DNA from: Octopus bimaculoides
Taxonomy: Eukaryota
Assembly: GCF_001194135.2 (NCBI RefSeq)
Contig: NC_068985.1
Span: forward strand, 127,050,683-127,114,682
Length of the DNA stretch: 64,000 nt
Reading direction: 5' to 3'
In this document: positions 39,331 through 50,930 of the stretch, piece after piece
Position numbering within the stretch: position 1 is the first letter of the stretch
Layout: each line of letters opens with the position of its first letter
Notes under the pieces: model-generated
The model's database searches: none
What the model saw: the letters and a program-made list of their open reading frames with translations, nothing else
What the model was told of the DNA's origin: nothing
Made by a program: the position numbers and the translations under genes

Positions 39331-39980
39331 CAATGCAATGGTGCACAATGTAGTCCTTGGACCGATTGGATCTTTGTCAAACTGTCCAATCCATACCAGC
39401 ATGAAACAGATGTTAAATGATGATGATGATGATATGTGTGTATGTGTAAATGTTTGTGTGTGTTTGCATATGTATAAATGTATAATTCATGTGAGAGAGA
39501 TTGTTGATACCTGTAAACATTCTTGGTCACTAATATTTCCAACCTTTCTCTTCCTCAAGGTAGGTGTGTACTGATCACCAGCTTTCAATCACATCTACTT
39601 ACAATATCTGTCATGTCACCAAAACATCTCTCTTATTTTCCTTTGTGTTTTCAATGCTTTCTCTCTCCGCCCCTTTTCTTTCTGAAGTTTTGTTTAACTG
39701 TAGTAAATATTAGCTTCAGACTAAAAGTGTCAAGCTGGCAGAATCGCTAGCATGCTGGGCAAAATGCTTTGTGGTATTTCATCTGTCTCTATGTCGAGTT
39801 TAAATTCTGCTGAAGTCAACTTTGCCTTTCATCATGTCAGGGTCTATAAAATAAGTATCAGTTGAGCACTGGGGTTGGTCTAATCAACTTACTTCCTTCT
39901 ATGAAATTGCTGGCCTTGTGCCAAAATTTGAAACCACTATTAGCCTCAGACTGTTGATATTTATTTATTTTTTGTTGCAG

Positions 39981-40031
39981 ACATTCACAGCTAAGGGTGT
40001 ATCAGCCAAATGTCGAGCTAAAAAGATATAA
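39981..40031 (+). CDS. FABP-family protein, coding exon 4 (terminal)
   Basis: tttttgttgcag| acceptor; TFTAKGVSAKCRAKKI-TAA. The spliced product is 138 aa with the classic FABP 4-exon, phase 1/0/0 architecture. Confidence 0.87.
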   Translation, partial: TFTAKGVSAKCRAKKI

Positions 40032-40141
40032 AATTTTCAGAAAAGCATGTGAAAATTCCAATGAAGAGAACACTAAAAAAAAAAACAATCATTTGTCAGT
40101 CATGTTATGTTCCAATATATTATGTCTGATTTTGTCAATGA

Positions 40142-40147
40142 AATAAA
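40142..40147 (+). terminator. Likely polyadenylation signal of the FABP gene
   Basis: AATAAA about 110 nt after the stop codon, followed by U- and GU-rich sequence (ttttttttgtgatatagttgtgtt). Confidence 0.55.
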
Positions 40148-42099
40148 TATATACTTTTTATTTGACTTTTTATTTTCTTTCTTTTTTTTGTGATATAGTT
40201 GTGTTCATTTGTTTTATGTTTTTCTTGTTTTGGCATCAGATGGGAGGCTCTTTCTGTCTCTGACCTTCCATTGTTTTACAATTCACAAACTTTCAAGAGA
40301 TAGGGGATGCCATATTCATTGGGAATTTAAACATGAAAACAGTTTTTTTTCTTCTTTTTTCACAAGCCTGGCTGCATGGTATGAAGTTTGTTTCCTAACC
40401 ACATGGTCTCAGTTCAGCCCCACAACATGGCACCATTACTATAACTTGAGGCCAACCAAAGCCTTGTGAGTGGATTTGGCAGACAGAAACTGAAAGAAGC
40501 CCATTGTATATATATATATATATAAATATATATAATGTATGTGTATCAAAAAGATATTGCCAAATAAAAAAAAATAAAAAACACTAAGAGACTGAACTTC
40601 CAAATTCCATAAAGCCTAAATGTAATGTAAGGGAATTTATAATTCTTTCAAATTGTCTTGATCAGTTTGGGTGCTATCTAGTGTGACACATACATTGGAG
40701 GTGATGGCCTAGCACACTTAAGGCAGATCTGCAGTTGTTAAACTTATGGTAAATCTGATATTGTTTCATATAGCACCTGCACACAGATTAATCATGTTGG
40801 GGTTGAATAGGCTTTTCATACCTGGAATGATAAAACAAGTACCATCAAGTCTATGAGGGAACTATTATGTGGTTACACAACTCTCTAGAAATAGCAGGTA
40901 TATCTCCCTCAAATCCTACCATCTGAAAAAAAAAAAAAAAAGGCAGGGAGCAGAAAAGCTATACGCATTAGATACTGTTCTAGTTACACATTCTGGCAAA
41001 ACTGGCAGTATGCTTATGGCTGAGAGACCTTTGGATCTGCTGAATTATAGCTGACTGGAGGTTTAACCCATGCTAGCATGGAAAGCGGACTTTAAACGAT
41101 GATGATGATGAAATATTGGATTTGATTTAAATGAGTATACATTAACCCAGGGTTTTCTGAATTTTTTTCTAAATCAGTTTTAATAATTGTTGGTATTGCA
41201 CAAATAAGATAAAAAAGCAAAAAATTAAAAAAATTCTTATAGTGTCTTGGTTTTAAGTTGTCATTACTTAACATTAAAAAGTAAAGACTATTTCTGTTAT
41301 AATAGGTCAATAACGAACAGAAGCACAAATAAATCCCTCTATGGCCTCAACTTCTGCAACAATAAAATAGACTGGGAGAAATTAGAAATAGAACTACCAA
41401 ACTTTTGGCTGGTATTTACTTAGTTATCTGTGCTCTACATGCCTAACAATGTTTTATTCTTCTTTAGGAAAACACAGACTGTTGAGTCAATAAGGATATG
41501 GACAATGATTCAAAGAGTTGGTGGTTTGTATCTTGGCACAAATATAGCTTTATGTATGCAACCAAGACACAGAATTGTGAATAGCTGAATTCACTTAGCT
41601 GTTACAGGATACTGAAGTCAGTATTGTTTACTGTTGTAAGCAGTGACACCACTGTCATCATCATCATCATTTAACGCCCGCTTTTCATGCTGGCATGGGT
41701 TGGACGGTTTGACTGGGGACTGACAAACCAAGAGGCTGCACCAGGCTCCAATCTGATTTGGCAATATTTCTACAGATAGATGCCCTTCTTAATGCCAACC
41801 ACTTTGAGAATGTAGTGGGTGCTTTATATGTGCTACTGGCATGGGAGCCAGTCAGGAATTACTGGTATCGGCCATGTTTGGATGGTGCTTTTTACGTGCT
41901 TCCGGCACAGGAGCCAATCAGGACGGGGAGCTGGCATCAACCACATTCAGATGATGCTTTTTACGTGCCACCGGCATGGGGAGCCAGTCAGGTAACATTG
42001 TCTCAGCAGGGTTCACTTTGCTCTTCCTTTTTCCAATGTTTCTAAAATAAATACATTTGGCAATCAACTGAATTGGATATACCACTTAACCACAGGATT

Positions 42100-43400
42100 A
42101 ACTGAAAACAATTATCATACATACTGATGTTATCATTTATGGAAACTTCTATCATTTATACACATGAGAAAGGTTATATATGATGTCTGTCTGTCAATCT
42201 GATGAAGACCATCTAGTCATCCATCAGTATTCAGGCTTTGTGAGTGCACAGATAGCTAGTTAATCCAATCCACACATGGCAGGAAGTTTTTTGGGGGGTG
42301 TGCACAGAGAATGCAAGCAGCAGTGGGAGACCTGAGTGCCTTTGACTTTCTGATCTCCCTGCATAGCTCAGCTGAAGTCACTCTGCTGGCTTCACATGTC
42401 TTGAAGTCCTTGTCAGCTTCAGTATAGCTTTTTACTCTGTCCAATGTTGTCTGCTCCCACTCATTATTGGTGGATGTTGAAGGCACTCAGTGAAGTTTTC
42501 AGTGTGCCTTTGTCACATTTTTTATGCACCTTAGAAGTGTTTACCATTCTGGAATTTGCTGCAGAACAGTTTGTATACTGGCATGCAAACTACATGACTT
42601 GCCCGACACAGCTGTGACTGAATCAGGATTATGTGGGTAGTGAGCAGTCCAACATGAGAGAGTTATGTCAAGAATCTTGTTCTGCTGCATAATGCCAAGA
42701 ATTCTTTTCTGAAACAAGTGGAATGAAAATGGTTCAGCTCCCTTGTATATTGTTGGCAGACAGTCTGTGCTTCACAACCATAGAGCCGCATGGTGAGAAC
42801 TACAGCCTGATACCTCTTGATCTTTAGAGTGATGCCTCATCTGTTCTACACATCCTTGTGACGTCAGCTGAATTCAGTATGCTTCCCAGGAAGGTGAACT
42901 TGTTCACTGCATTTAGTCATTGCCCATTGAAGAAAATGTTAGTTTCAATGTATGCCTTTCCTGCGCAAGCTGAAGCATCACTCTGGTCTTCTTCGTACTG
43001 ACTGTCTGGCTGAAATTATTACAATCATCAGAGAACTTGTTAATACTTCTGAGACATCGTTGGGGGCACAATCTTCAGCAAACAGAAAATCATTTAAGTT
43101 GTCTGTCAAAGTCTTGGTTTTTCACTGGATGCCTGCTAAAATTAAAGATTGGTCCCTCAGTATGGTATCTGATATCAATGTCTTTAAAGGCTTCCATCAG
43201 TATGTTAGAAAACATGGAGCTGAACAGAATGGGTGCAAGAATACAACCTTATTTCATTCCGTTGAAGACAGGGAAATACTTCTGATGTCTTTCTATTGTC
43301 TTGAACTTTGCCCAGCATGCCGTCATGTAGCTTTCATACAATGACAGTAGTGATGAATTTTCTGGAATATCCAAACTCTGCCATGATTTTCTGAAGCTCT
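42100..43400 (-). mobile_element. RTE (BovB-like) LINE RT and C-terminal fragment
   Basis: Minus strand LFAEDCA (FADD-equivalent) and GITLKIK.YQAVVLTM.LYGCEA.TV. Confidence 0.75.
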
Positions 43401-43549
43401 TTTCTACTTACGGTGTCGAAAGACTTGATTAGCCACTGGAATCTAAAACTGACTAGGTTTCTGCTCTCCATCTTCCATTTGTAACATGTGTCATAATACT
43501 ATATTAACCTTAAAAAGCCGGCTGTTTTTTTAATTCAGAGGTGCCAGTC

Positions 43550-44285
43550 AGCGCTAAAGAAATTAACATAAGCTGAAGAATAAAAATGAGTTAATGTAGA
43601 AATTTAACTGAAAAACAAACCTGAATTAGATCAGAGGTTATCTTCATGTTATGTTTTGCACATACATACATACATAATTTTGAAAGAATATAGGTCAGTC
43701 TCAGACACACTCATCTTTCTCTTAAGTCTTATAAAAATATCTTAAACTCCCACATACCTTTTTGTTTGTAAATATGAGGTTATCCTGACCCATTATTGAT
43801 TTGAAGGTCATGCCAAAGCACAGGACTAGTTTCAGAAATGTTAAAACTATTTACTCATATTACATAAACCCAATCAAAACAAATGGTGATATTTTAACAG
43901 AAACGTGCTTTTGGCAGGTTGGGAGTTGAAATAATAAGCACATATATGAAGAAAAATATAAAAAGTGAATAACAAACAAGAAAAGAAAGAAGCAGGAGAC
44001 AAGGTGGTAGAGCTAGAGACAAGGGCAATTGTAGAGAGACAGGCAGACAGAAGGAGAGGAATAAAGCAAAATGGTGAAGTAGTAATTAAATGACTAATTG
44101 AAACAGCAAATTCCTAAAATGTTACAGAATACATTTATAAAAAAAACAAACAAATTAGTGCCACTATTTCCATTAATACCCTTATCAAAATAATTACATT
44201 TCTATCATTTGGGATTAATGTAGAACAGCTACGTTGCCACATACTGCTCCACCCACTCTTTCTTAAAGAACAAACCAGAACACTA
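43550..44285 (+). repeat. Diverged paralogous copy of the FABP upstream region 27930-28750
   Basis: Collinear shared blocks: gctgaagaataaaaatgagttaatgta versus actgaacaataaaaacgagctaacgta; ataaaaata.cttaaactccc.ca; gtaaa.atgaggttatc; tagtgcc.cta.ttcca; gtaga.agctacgt. Confidence 0.7.
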
Positions 44286-44305
44286 AATAAAAAAAACAAC
44301 TTTTG

Positions 44306-44650
44306 GACATGGCTGCATGGTAAGAATCTTGCTTCTCAGCCTCATGGTTCCGGGTTCAGTCCCACTGCATGGCACCTTGGGCAAGTGTCTTCAACTATAG
44401 CCTCAGGCTGACCAAAGCTTTGTGAGTGGATTTGGTAGATGGAAACTGAAAAGAAGCCCATTGTGTATGTTTGTATGCGTGTGTCTTTGTATCTGTATTT
44501 GGGTCTCTATAACTTGGTGGTTTGGCAAAAGAGACCGAGAGAATAAGTACCAGGCTTAAAAAATAAGTACTGGGGTCAATTCATGCAACTAAAATTTCAA
44601 GGTGGTGCTCCAGCTTGGCCTCAGTCTAATGACTGCGACAAGTAAAAGAT
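44306..44650 (+). mobile_element. tRNA-derived CORE/MIR-like SINE (representative copy)
   Basis: ggttccgggttcagtcccactgc.tggcaccttgggcaagtgtcttc head and core. Other copies at about 2810-2945 (-), 5440-5590 (-), 9395-9530 (-), 11570-11665 (-) and 57755-58160 (+). Confidence 0.75.
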
Positions 44651-45059
44651 AAATGATAAAAGAAGTTATTTACTGTTGTCAAATAGGTTAACCCTTTCAC
44701 ATGTGAACCAACCATATCTGGCCCAAAATATTCTACCAGTTTTACATGCAAACTGACCAGATCCAGCCTGTCACACCTACCCCACAATATCATTCTAAAA
44801 ATAAATAGTTACATCACTGAAATTTAAAAACTACAAGATAATGCATGATTAGTTGACAGCAATGTGAATAAACAAGCATTACATTTGACAAATTTAATCT
44901 GAATGCTTTACACATGCCATGTAACCCCCTTGTAACTTTTTTTTCATTTTTTGGAATTTTCAGAAAATTTTGGTGAACTTGTATTATACACAGGAATTCA
45001 TATGATTATGCAGAAAAAGAAATTTTTTGATGCATGATTTATGGCCGATTTAGCTGTTA

Positions 45060-45890
45060 CAGTAATCACTCGCCATACTGCGGTTCACCTAACATACCCT
45101 CAGTACATCACATATTTTTCTGACTAATATATGTAAATTTATATCATGGACACCTCAGTATATTGTGGGTCTCTGTGGCCAATAAGTATTTCCATGCATA
45201 AAAATTAATAAATTAATAAATAAAAATACAGTACAGCACTGCACTGTATAACACATTAATTAAAATATATTAAAAGAAAATATGTAGTGTACTGTAGATG
45301 AGTGGAGGCGCAATGGCCCAGTGGTTAGGGCAGCGGACTCGCGGTCATAGGATCGCGGTTTCGATTCCCAGACCGGGTGTTGTGAGTGTTTATTGATCAA
45401 AAACACCTAAAGCTCCACGAGGCTCCAGCAGGGAATGGTGGCGAACCCTGCTGTACTCTTTCACCACAACATTCTCTCACTCTTACTTCCTGTTTCTGTT
45501 GTGCCTGTAATTCAAAGGGTCAGCCTTGTCACACTCTGTGTCACGCTGAATCTCCCCGAGAACTACATTAAGGGTACACGTGTCTGTGGAGGGCTCAGCC
45601 ACTTGCACATTAATTTCACGAGCAGGCTGTTCCGTTGATCGGATCAACTGGAACCCTCAACATCGTAAGCAACGGAGTGCCAACACAAACTGTAGATGAG
45701 TAAACAAAGAATTGCACATACTGTATGGAAAATGAAACTCAGGAGGCGACTGTGTGGTGTTGTTTTGCATTTATAATAAAATAAACATATACAAATTATA
45801 AAGATTAAAAAAATATACAGTACAGTACTGTTTCACCTATCACGGGGTGGATTTTAGAACGTAACACCAGCGATAGTTGAGGGATTACTG
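45060..45890. mobile_element. Tigger/pogo-like MITE nested in the previous element
   Basis: TA|CAGTAATC ... GATTACTG|TA termini, with TA target duplication. Confidence 0.75.
45304..45688 (+). mobile_element. Young tRNA-derived SINE with perfect 13-bp TSD
   Basis: Head ggaggcgcaatggcccagtggttagg...ggtttcgattccc (A and B boxes). ACTGTAGATGAGT at 45291-45303 and 45689-45701. Confidence 0.85.
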
Positions 45891-46363
45891 TACATTTAGC
45901 ATATCTCACAGCCACCTCATTTGTTTGTCAGTCTGACATACAATATCTTTCTCCCCATAAACACAGTTAATGGTCTATTGCTGGGATTTAAGCCAAAAAT
46001 TCGGATTGTCCTTATTTTAAAACTGTAATTTAATAAGAAAAATTAAGCAAAAATTTTTTTTTCATTTTTAAAAATGGGAAGAAAAAATATTTTTTTTTCA
46101 TAGTCATGTGAATTCTCATGTGTAGAATACACAAAAATTTTCTGAAAATTTCAAAAAATAAAAACGTTATGAGAGGTTATATGACGTGTGTAAAGCAGAA
46201 TTCCATTAGCACAAGTGTTTAACTTGTCAAAAATAGTGCTTTCCAGGGTGAAATGTGGGAGTATTTCTCTTAAAAAAAATTATTCCTAGACAAAGAGTTA
46301 AAATTATTGTCTTGTTTTTTTTTGTTTTTTTTTTTTATAATAAGCAGATCTAATATCTTTAAA

Positions 46364-47500
46364 TATTGGGTCATCCCATAAATAATGCGATATTTTCAAT
46401 TGCATGAACTAAAAGGGATAGGATAAACTACCTGCATCAACTTGCTATAAAAACAGGTAGTAATTTTACCTTGTCCTTATTCTTAGTGCAAGTTTTGAAG
46501 AGTACAGTTCGATTTTAACAGTTATCTTTTTCAAAGCTATAATGGAAGTAACAAAGGAGCATATTTGGCAACAATGCAACGGAGAGTGCAAGGAATATTA
46601 ATGCAGTATATGGGGATCAGACAATAAGTGTAAGCTAGTGTCAACGATGGTTCCAGAAATTCTGAGCTGGAAACTACAGCCTAGAAGACAAGCCTTGTCC
46701 TGCAAACCCTGATAGAACAAAATCCCATTGTAACTGTTGAGGAACTGGTAGAGAAGCTTAGATTTGGTCATTCAACCATTCATTGACATCTGCATGCCAT
46801 CAGGAAGGTCAGTAAATTGTGTCAATGGGTTTCTCATAAACTTTCCAAGTCCAATCGAATGCAGAGAGTGAATGTGTGCTCTTTGCTGTCACATTTCATG
46901 AATGAACCTTTTTTGGACTGAATAGTGACTGGTGATGAGAAATGGGTTCTCTATAAAAATGTCACATGCTGAAGACAGTGGGAAGGGAAAGGAGAAACAC
47001 TGGCACCCCAGGCTAAAGAAAATCTTCACCCATGTCAAATATTGTTATCTGTTTAATGGGATGTGAAAAGTTTGTCCACTTTGAATTTTTAAACCGAAAC
47101 CAAATATTAACAAATATCTACTGCAAGCAGCTTGAGCGACTTTGGTTTCAAGATGAAAGATGTTCTTCCATCAAGACAATGATCAGCCACATACAATGAG
47201 GATGACATTCCAAAAGTTAGAGCAGTTTGAATGGTAAACAATGCCCCACTCATTATATTTGCCAGACACTGCTCCATCTGATTATCATTTATTCCGCAGT
47301 CTTCAAAATCATTTAGATGGAAAAAATATGAATTCTGTAGACGAGGTCAAAACAGTACTGGAGGAGTATTTTTCATCACGGACAAGTGAATTTTGGAAGA
47401 GAGACCTTGCAAATCTACCAGATAGATGGAAGGGCATTGTAGAAAATGAAGGAGAGTATATTTTAGATTAAAAAAGAACTTTGTTTATCTTAATTCAAGA
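46364..47500 (+). mobile_element. mariner transposon, decayed
   Basis: TA|TTGGGTCATCCC left end; IVTGDEKWV.YKN; HQDN; (Y)LPDTAPSDYHLFRSLQNHL (YSPDLAPSDY motif); RW..IVENEGEYILD-stop. Confidence 0.9.
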
Positions 47501-48268
47501 AAAAATTGTCTAGATATTCTAGTAACACTATAAAAGTATCTTTAACCTAGCAAATAAAAAAACGGAAAATTTGTAGTCTATATTCTTTCTCTAAGAATAC
47601 CATACAATACTACACCTACTTTCATAAATGACAATAACAATTAAAGACATAATTGCAGCTATCAAGAAAACAACATGAACTGAATAATAGTAAATTATAA
47701 CTGGTCTTGAAATTACTGCTGGCTACATAAATCAGTGGACACTAATGTCACATTCAATACAATTGAAAGACATCAAGCCAAATTTGTTAGCAATATATAT
47801 AGAAGGCACAGGATCATTCATTAAAGGTCAACATGGCTTTAGCCAAAGTTGTTTCATTGCCAATGCAAAGAGAGACACTGAACTAGTGCAATCAGTAATT
47901 ATCTCCACTTCTAATTGGTGCAAGCCAGCTAGCCGAAGTATATCCTCAACCTAAACAAGCTGTAATAGTCCATAATGATTACACAACTTTCCTTCTCCTC
48001 CAAATCTCACGGAGTAGCTTTGAACAGTTCTTATAGAAATTTTATAGGATTTCACTTCAGCCTGATGCTCAGTTAGATCTTGTTCTTATTACTTCTTTCA
48101 CATCTCTTGGGCAAGGCTCCTCCAAGCTGAATACCACTCTTGATTCTGGTGAGGTTATGAGTGCTTTGCATAAGCCCAGAGTTGGCTCTCTCTCACTATC
48201 ACTCTAAACACTTGTGAGGTATTCATTATTGGCATCTTTGGAACAGGTCACCTGACTAGTCTGCTTCT

Positions 48269-48837
48269 TTATTTACATTATTTACATTTGACGGATATTT
48301 GTCCTCATCTTGTTTGTTGTTAAAACGTTTTGGCTGATATACCCTCCATTCTCATTCCTAAGGTATTTTTCAATGTTATTATTATTCAGGTCACTGCCTG
48401 GAATTGAACTCAGAATCTTGGGGTTATTAACCGCTATGCCATATGCCCGTGGGCAATTATGGAGTGAATTTTAGGGCTTATAAATCTAATATTCTCCTAT
48501 CCTTCTTGAATACCGGTTCCCATATGCTATTCATATCTGCACTTGGTCTGCTTAGGAGGTTGTTGTGTTCTAAAATATGTGCGTAGTGGTTAAGAGCGCG
48601 GGCTACTAACCCCAAGATTCCGAGTTCAATTCCAGGCAGTGGCCTGAATAATAGTAATAATAATAATAACAACATCAAAAAATACCTTAGGAATGAGAAC
48701 CCAGGTTCGAAATTTCCCCAAGACACCTGATGAAGGCTGGAGAGTATATCAGCTGAAACAGTGTGTTAACAACAAACAAGATAAGGACAAATATCTGTAA
48801 AATGTAAATAATTCCTCATCTCTTAAACATAGAACTG
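48269..48837 (-). mobile_element. 5'-truncated Penelope-like insertion with an inverted terminal repeat and 12-bp TSD
   Basis: Minus-strand ORF end ILEHNNLLSRPSADMNSIWEPVFK-stop. 48269-48440 is an inverted, internally deleted copy of 48580-48810. TAGTCTGCTTCT at 48257-48268 and 48838-48849. Confidence 0.75.
48722..48767 (+). ncRNA. Minimal type I hammerhead ribozyme-like motif (partly degenerate)
   Basis: gacac-CTGATGA-aggctgg agagtata tcagct-GAAAC-agt-gtgtt. Stem I gacac/gtgtt, intact core boxes, stem II gctg/cagc. Cleavage triplet appears mutated in this copy. Confidence 0.6.
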
Positions 48838-49950
48838 TAGTCTGCTTCTGACTGAGAAGCTGCTTTGTCAATTTGTAGAGGTTAGCCAAGAATGCAGCTC
48901 ACTTACTTGCTTTCTCTCTTCATCTCCTATGGCTTCTCTGTTCTTGTCAATACCAGAAGCTCCTTCCTGAGGATTGCCCCAAAATTTGCTGGGTCAATTT
49001 TTTCAATCACCTCTGCTTCCGTGTATTGCTTACATCTGATTTAAGTTTGTTCTTAGGATGCAAGATTTTCATTACCCTGCGGTTAGCACAAAAAAAAAAA
49101 ACAGATGGTATGGGCCAGGCTTCCTTGGTCTCAAAACACTCAGTATCAAAGTTCACAATAATGGATGTCACAGTTTTTAACTGGTGGATGGTCCACATCT
49201 CCCTCAGCAGTTACTGCCAAAATCCAGCCAACGCTTATGTCAGACTCCTGCCACTCAGATGTCTTTGATGAATGGGACCCACTGGATCCTTGGCTGGGCT
49301 AGCTGAGTGTAGCCAACCAAAGGGTCATCCAGTAGACCAATGCTAGCAACTGTAGGTGACATACGGAGGCTCTAGGCTCAGTGGTTTATATCCAGGCCAT
49401 GCTTCTCCTGCATCTCACAAGATACCTCTGTGTACTATGTCATCCCTTCAGCTGACACACACCTTACACTGGTGTGATGAATCCTAAAGACCCTCATATT
49501 CTCGCAGGCCTTAATGCAGATGCACTGAACTTCCATTGCTCTATTTTCCTTTATTGTTGTTCTTCCATCTTGTGGAGGGGTGGTGCATAATAATAAGCAC
49601 CGCCGCATGGTGTACTGAGCTAGACAGAAAAAAAAATCAATATATATCCATTTTCCCGAAAGTTATGACGGAAAAATGGGATCTTGTGAATTTTACGAAA
49701 GTCCTCTCTCCACCCCACAGGTTCGTTTACGCAAGTTTTTTTTTGTCCTATTCGTTTTCTACACAGCTGTTAACACCCGGCAGGGTGCTTTTTTTTTTTT
49801 TTTTTTTTTTTGTTAACGAGTGAAGATCGTTATATTAACCGACAGAAATTGTAAAAGTTACTTGACGTTCTAAGACCTGTGGAATAAGAATACAATAATT
49901 TCGCCACAACTATAGTTTAATGCTCACTCCCATCCAGTTTGTGTATGTGT

Positions 49951-49985
<35 letters not shown>

Positions 49986-50041
49986 TGTGTGTGTGTGTGA
50001 TGCATAATTAAGAAGTTATGAGAAACTGGCTCCTTACTCAC

Positions 50042-50400
50042 CAGTCTCCTTTTTTCATACTGTCCACGTTAAGAGATAAGCTGAGCAAGAACTGTAGACA
50101 TTCTATTTGGTTAGCTTGAGAAGCTTCGTGTAACGGTGTTTTACGATCATTATTGATGGATTCGAACACAATTTTAGTGTTTAAGGTCCATTCCAGATGG
50201 CGATTGAGAAGTTCTTGGCTAATAAACTTTAGAATATTTAGACGCCCGAAACGAGCAATTAAATGAATAATGTTGTCCCCTGCTTTATTACATTTCTTGA
50301 TCAACCAAGCTTCCTGAAAACTATCAATATAGTCAATAAAATATTGTAAATTTCCCTTCTGAGCTGCTTGTATAAGGTGTTCAAAGTAAAAGTTACTCAT
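50042..50400 (-). CDS. ANKRD16: Ankyrin repeat domain-containing protein 16 orthologue, coding exon 1
   Basis: ATG at 50400; encodes MSNFYFEHLIQAAQKGNLQY...GDNIIHLIARFG...RKTPLHEASQANQIECLQFLLSLSLNVDSMKKGD(W). Ends TG|GTGAGT (phase 2). Matches recalled human ANKRD16 (GDTLLHCAARHG; YKRPLHEAAS; VDCLKKADW). Confidence 0.9.
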
Positions 50401-50930
50401 TGCGAAAGAACATAGAAAGCCATGTGCAGTTTGTTATTGTAGATAATTTGGGTTCACACCGATGACATCAACACCGGTCCTCGTATTCCTAAACTTTAGA
50501 AAGTTAAGTATTTATTTATTTGGCAGTCGCAGAAATTTATTTTTGCCAAACAAGTTAATAATTAATTAGGGTATTCGTGTGTATTCAGTGACTAGGAAAG
50601 AATCTACTGTTTGAAGTTGTTCACTGGTGAGATTGATTTGCTTGGGGGATTTTTTTGATGTATGACCAACTTTCAGTGCCAATTCTCAGGTTTTACCACG
50701 TTTAAGCTGTCAAGGGACGTAACTTGGACTCCTCGTCAATACTAAAAAGTTCGCACGGAGTGCCGACTTTTGAGTTAGCTCTTGTGGAAGGCTAACTGGG
50801 CCTGCGACCCAAAACTAAAGACAACAATAATAATAATAAAGTATTTATTGGTACGCTACCAATATTGTATTAGTTTAAATGAAGAACTTGTAAGTTCACT
50901 AATTTTTAGTGTTCTTTTAGAATTTGAATT

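Larger units (their letters stand above)
44905..46196. mobile_element. MITE-like element with about 115-bp imperfect TIRs
   Basis: gctttacaca...ggaattttcagaaaatttt...gaattca.atga.tatg at the left is mirrored at 46080-46196. A related TIR fragment lies at about 29970-30060. Confidence 0.7.

Noticed and set aside
48581-48644. Possible tRNA-Ser gene
   Set aside because: It has A and B boxes but no clean acceptor stem or Pol III terminator, and an inverted degenerate copy lies within the same PLE insertion. Treated as TE-borne tRNA-derived sequence.
50743-50772. aaaaagttcgcacggagtgccgactttttg hairpin, superficially like a tracrRNA 3' end
   Set aside because: Short chance resemblance in a eukaryotic promoter region, with no CRISPR array or cas gene anywhere in the window.
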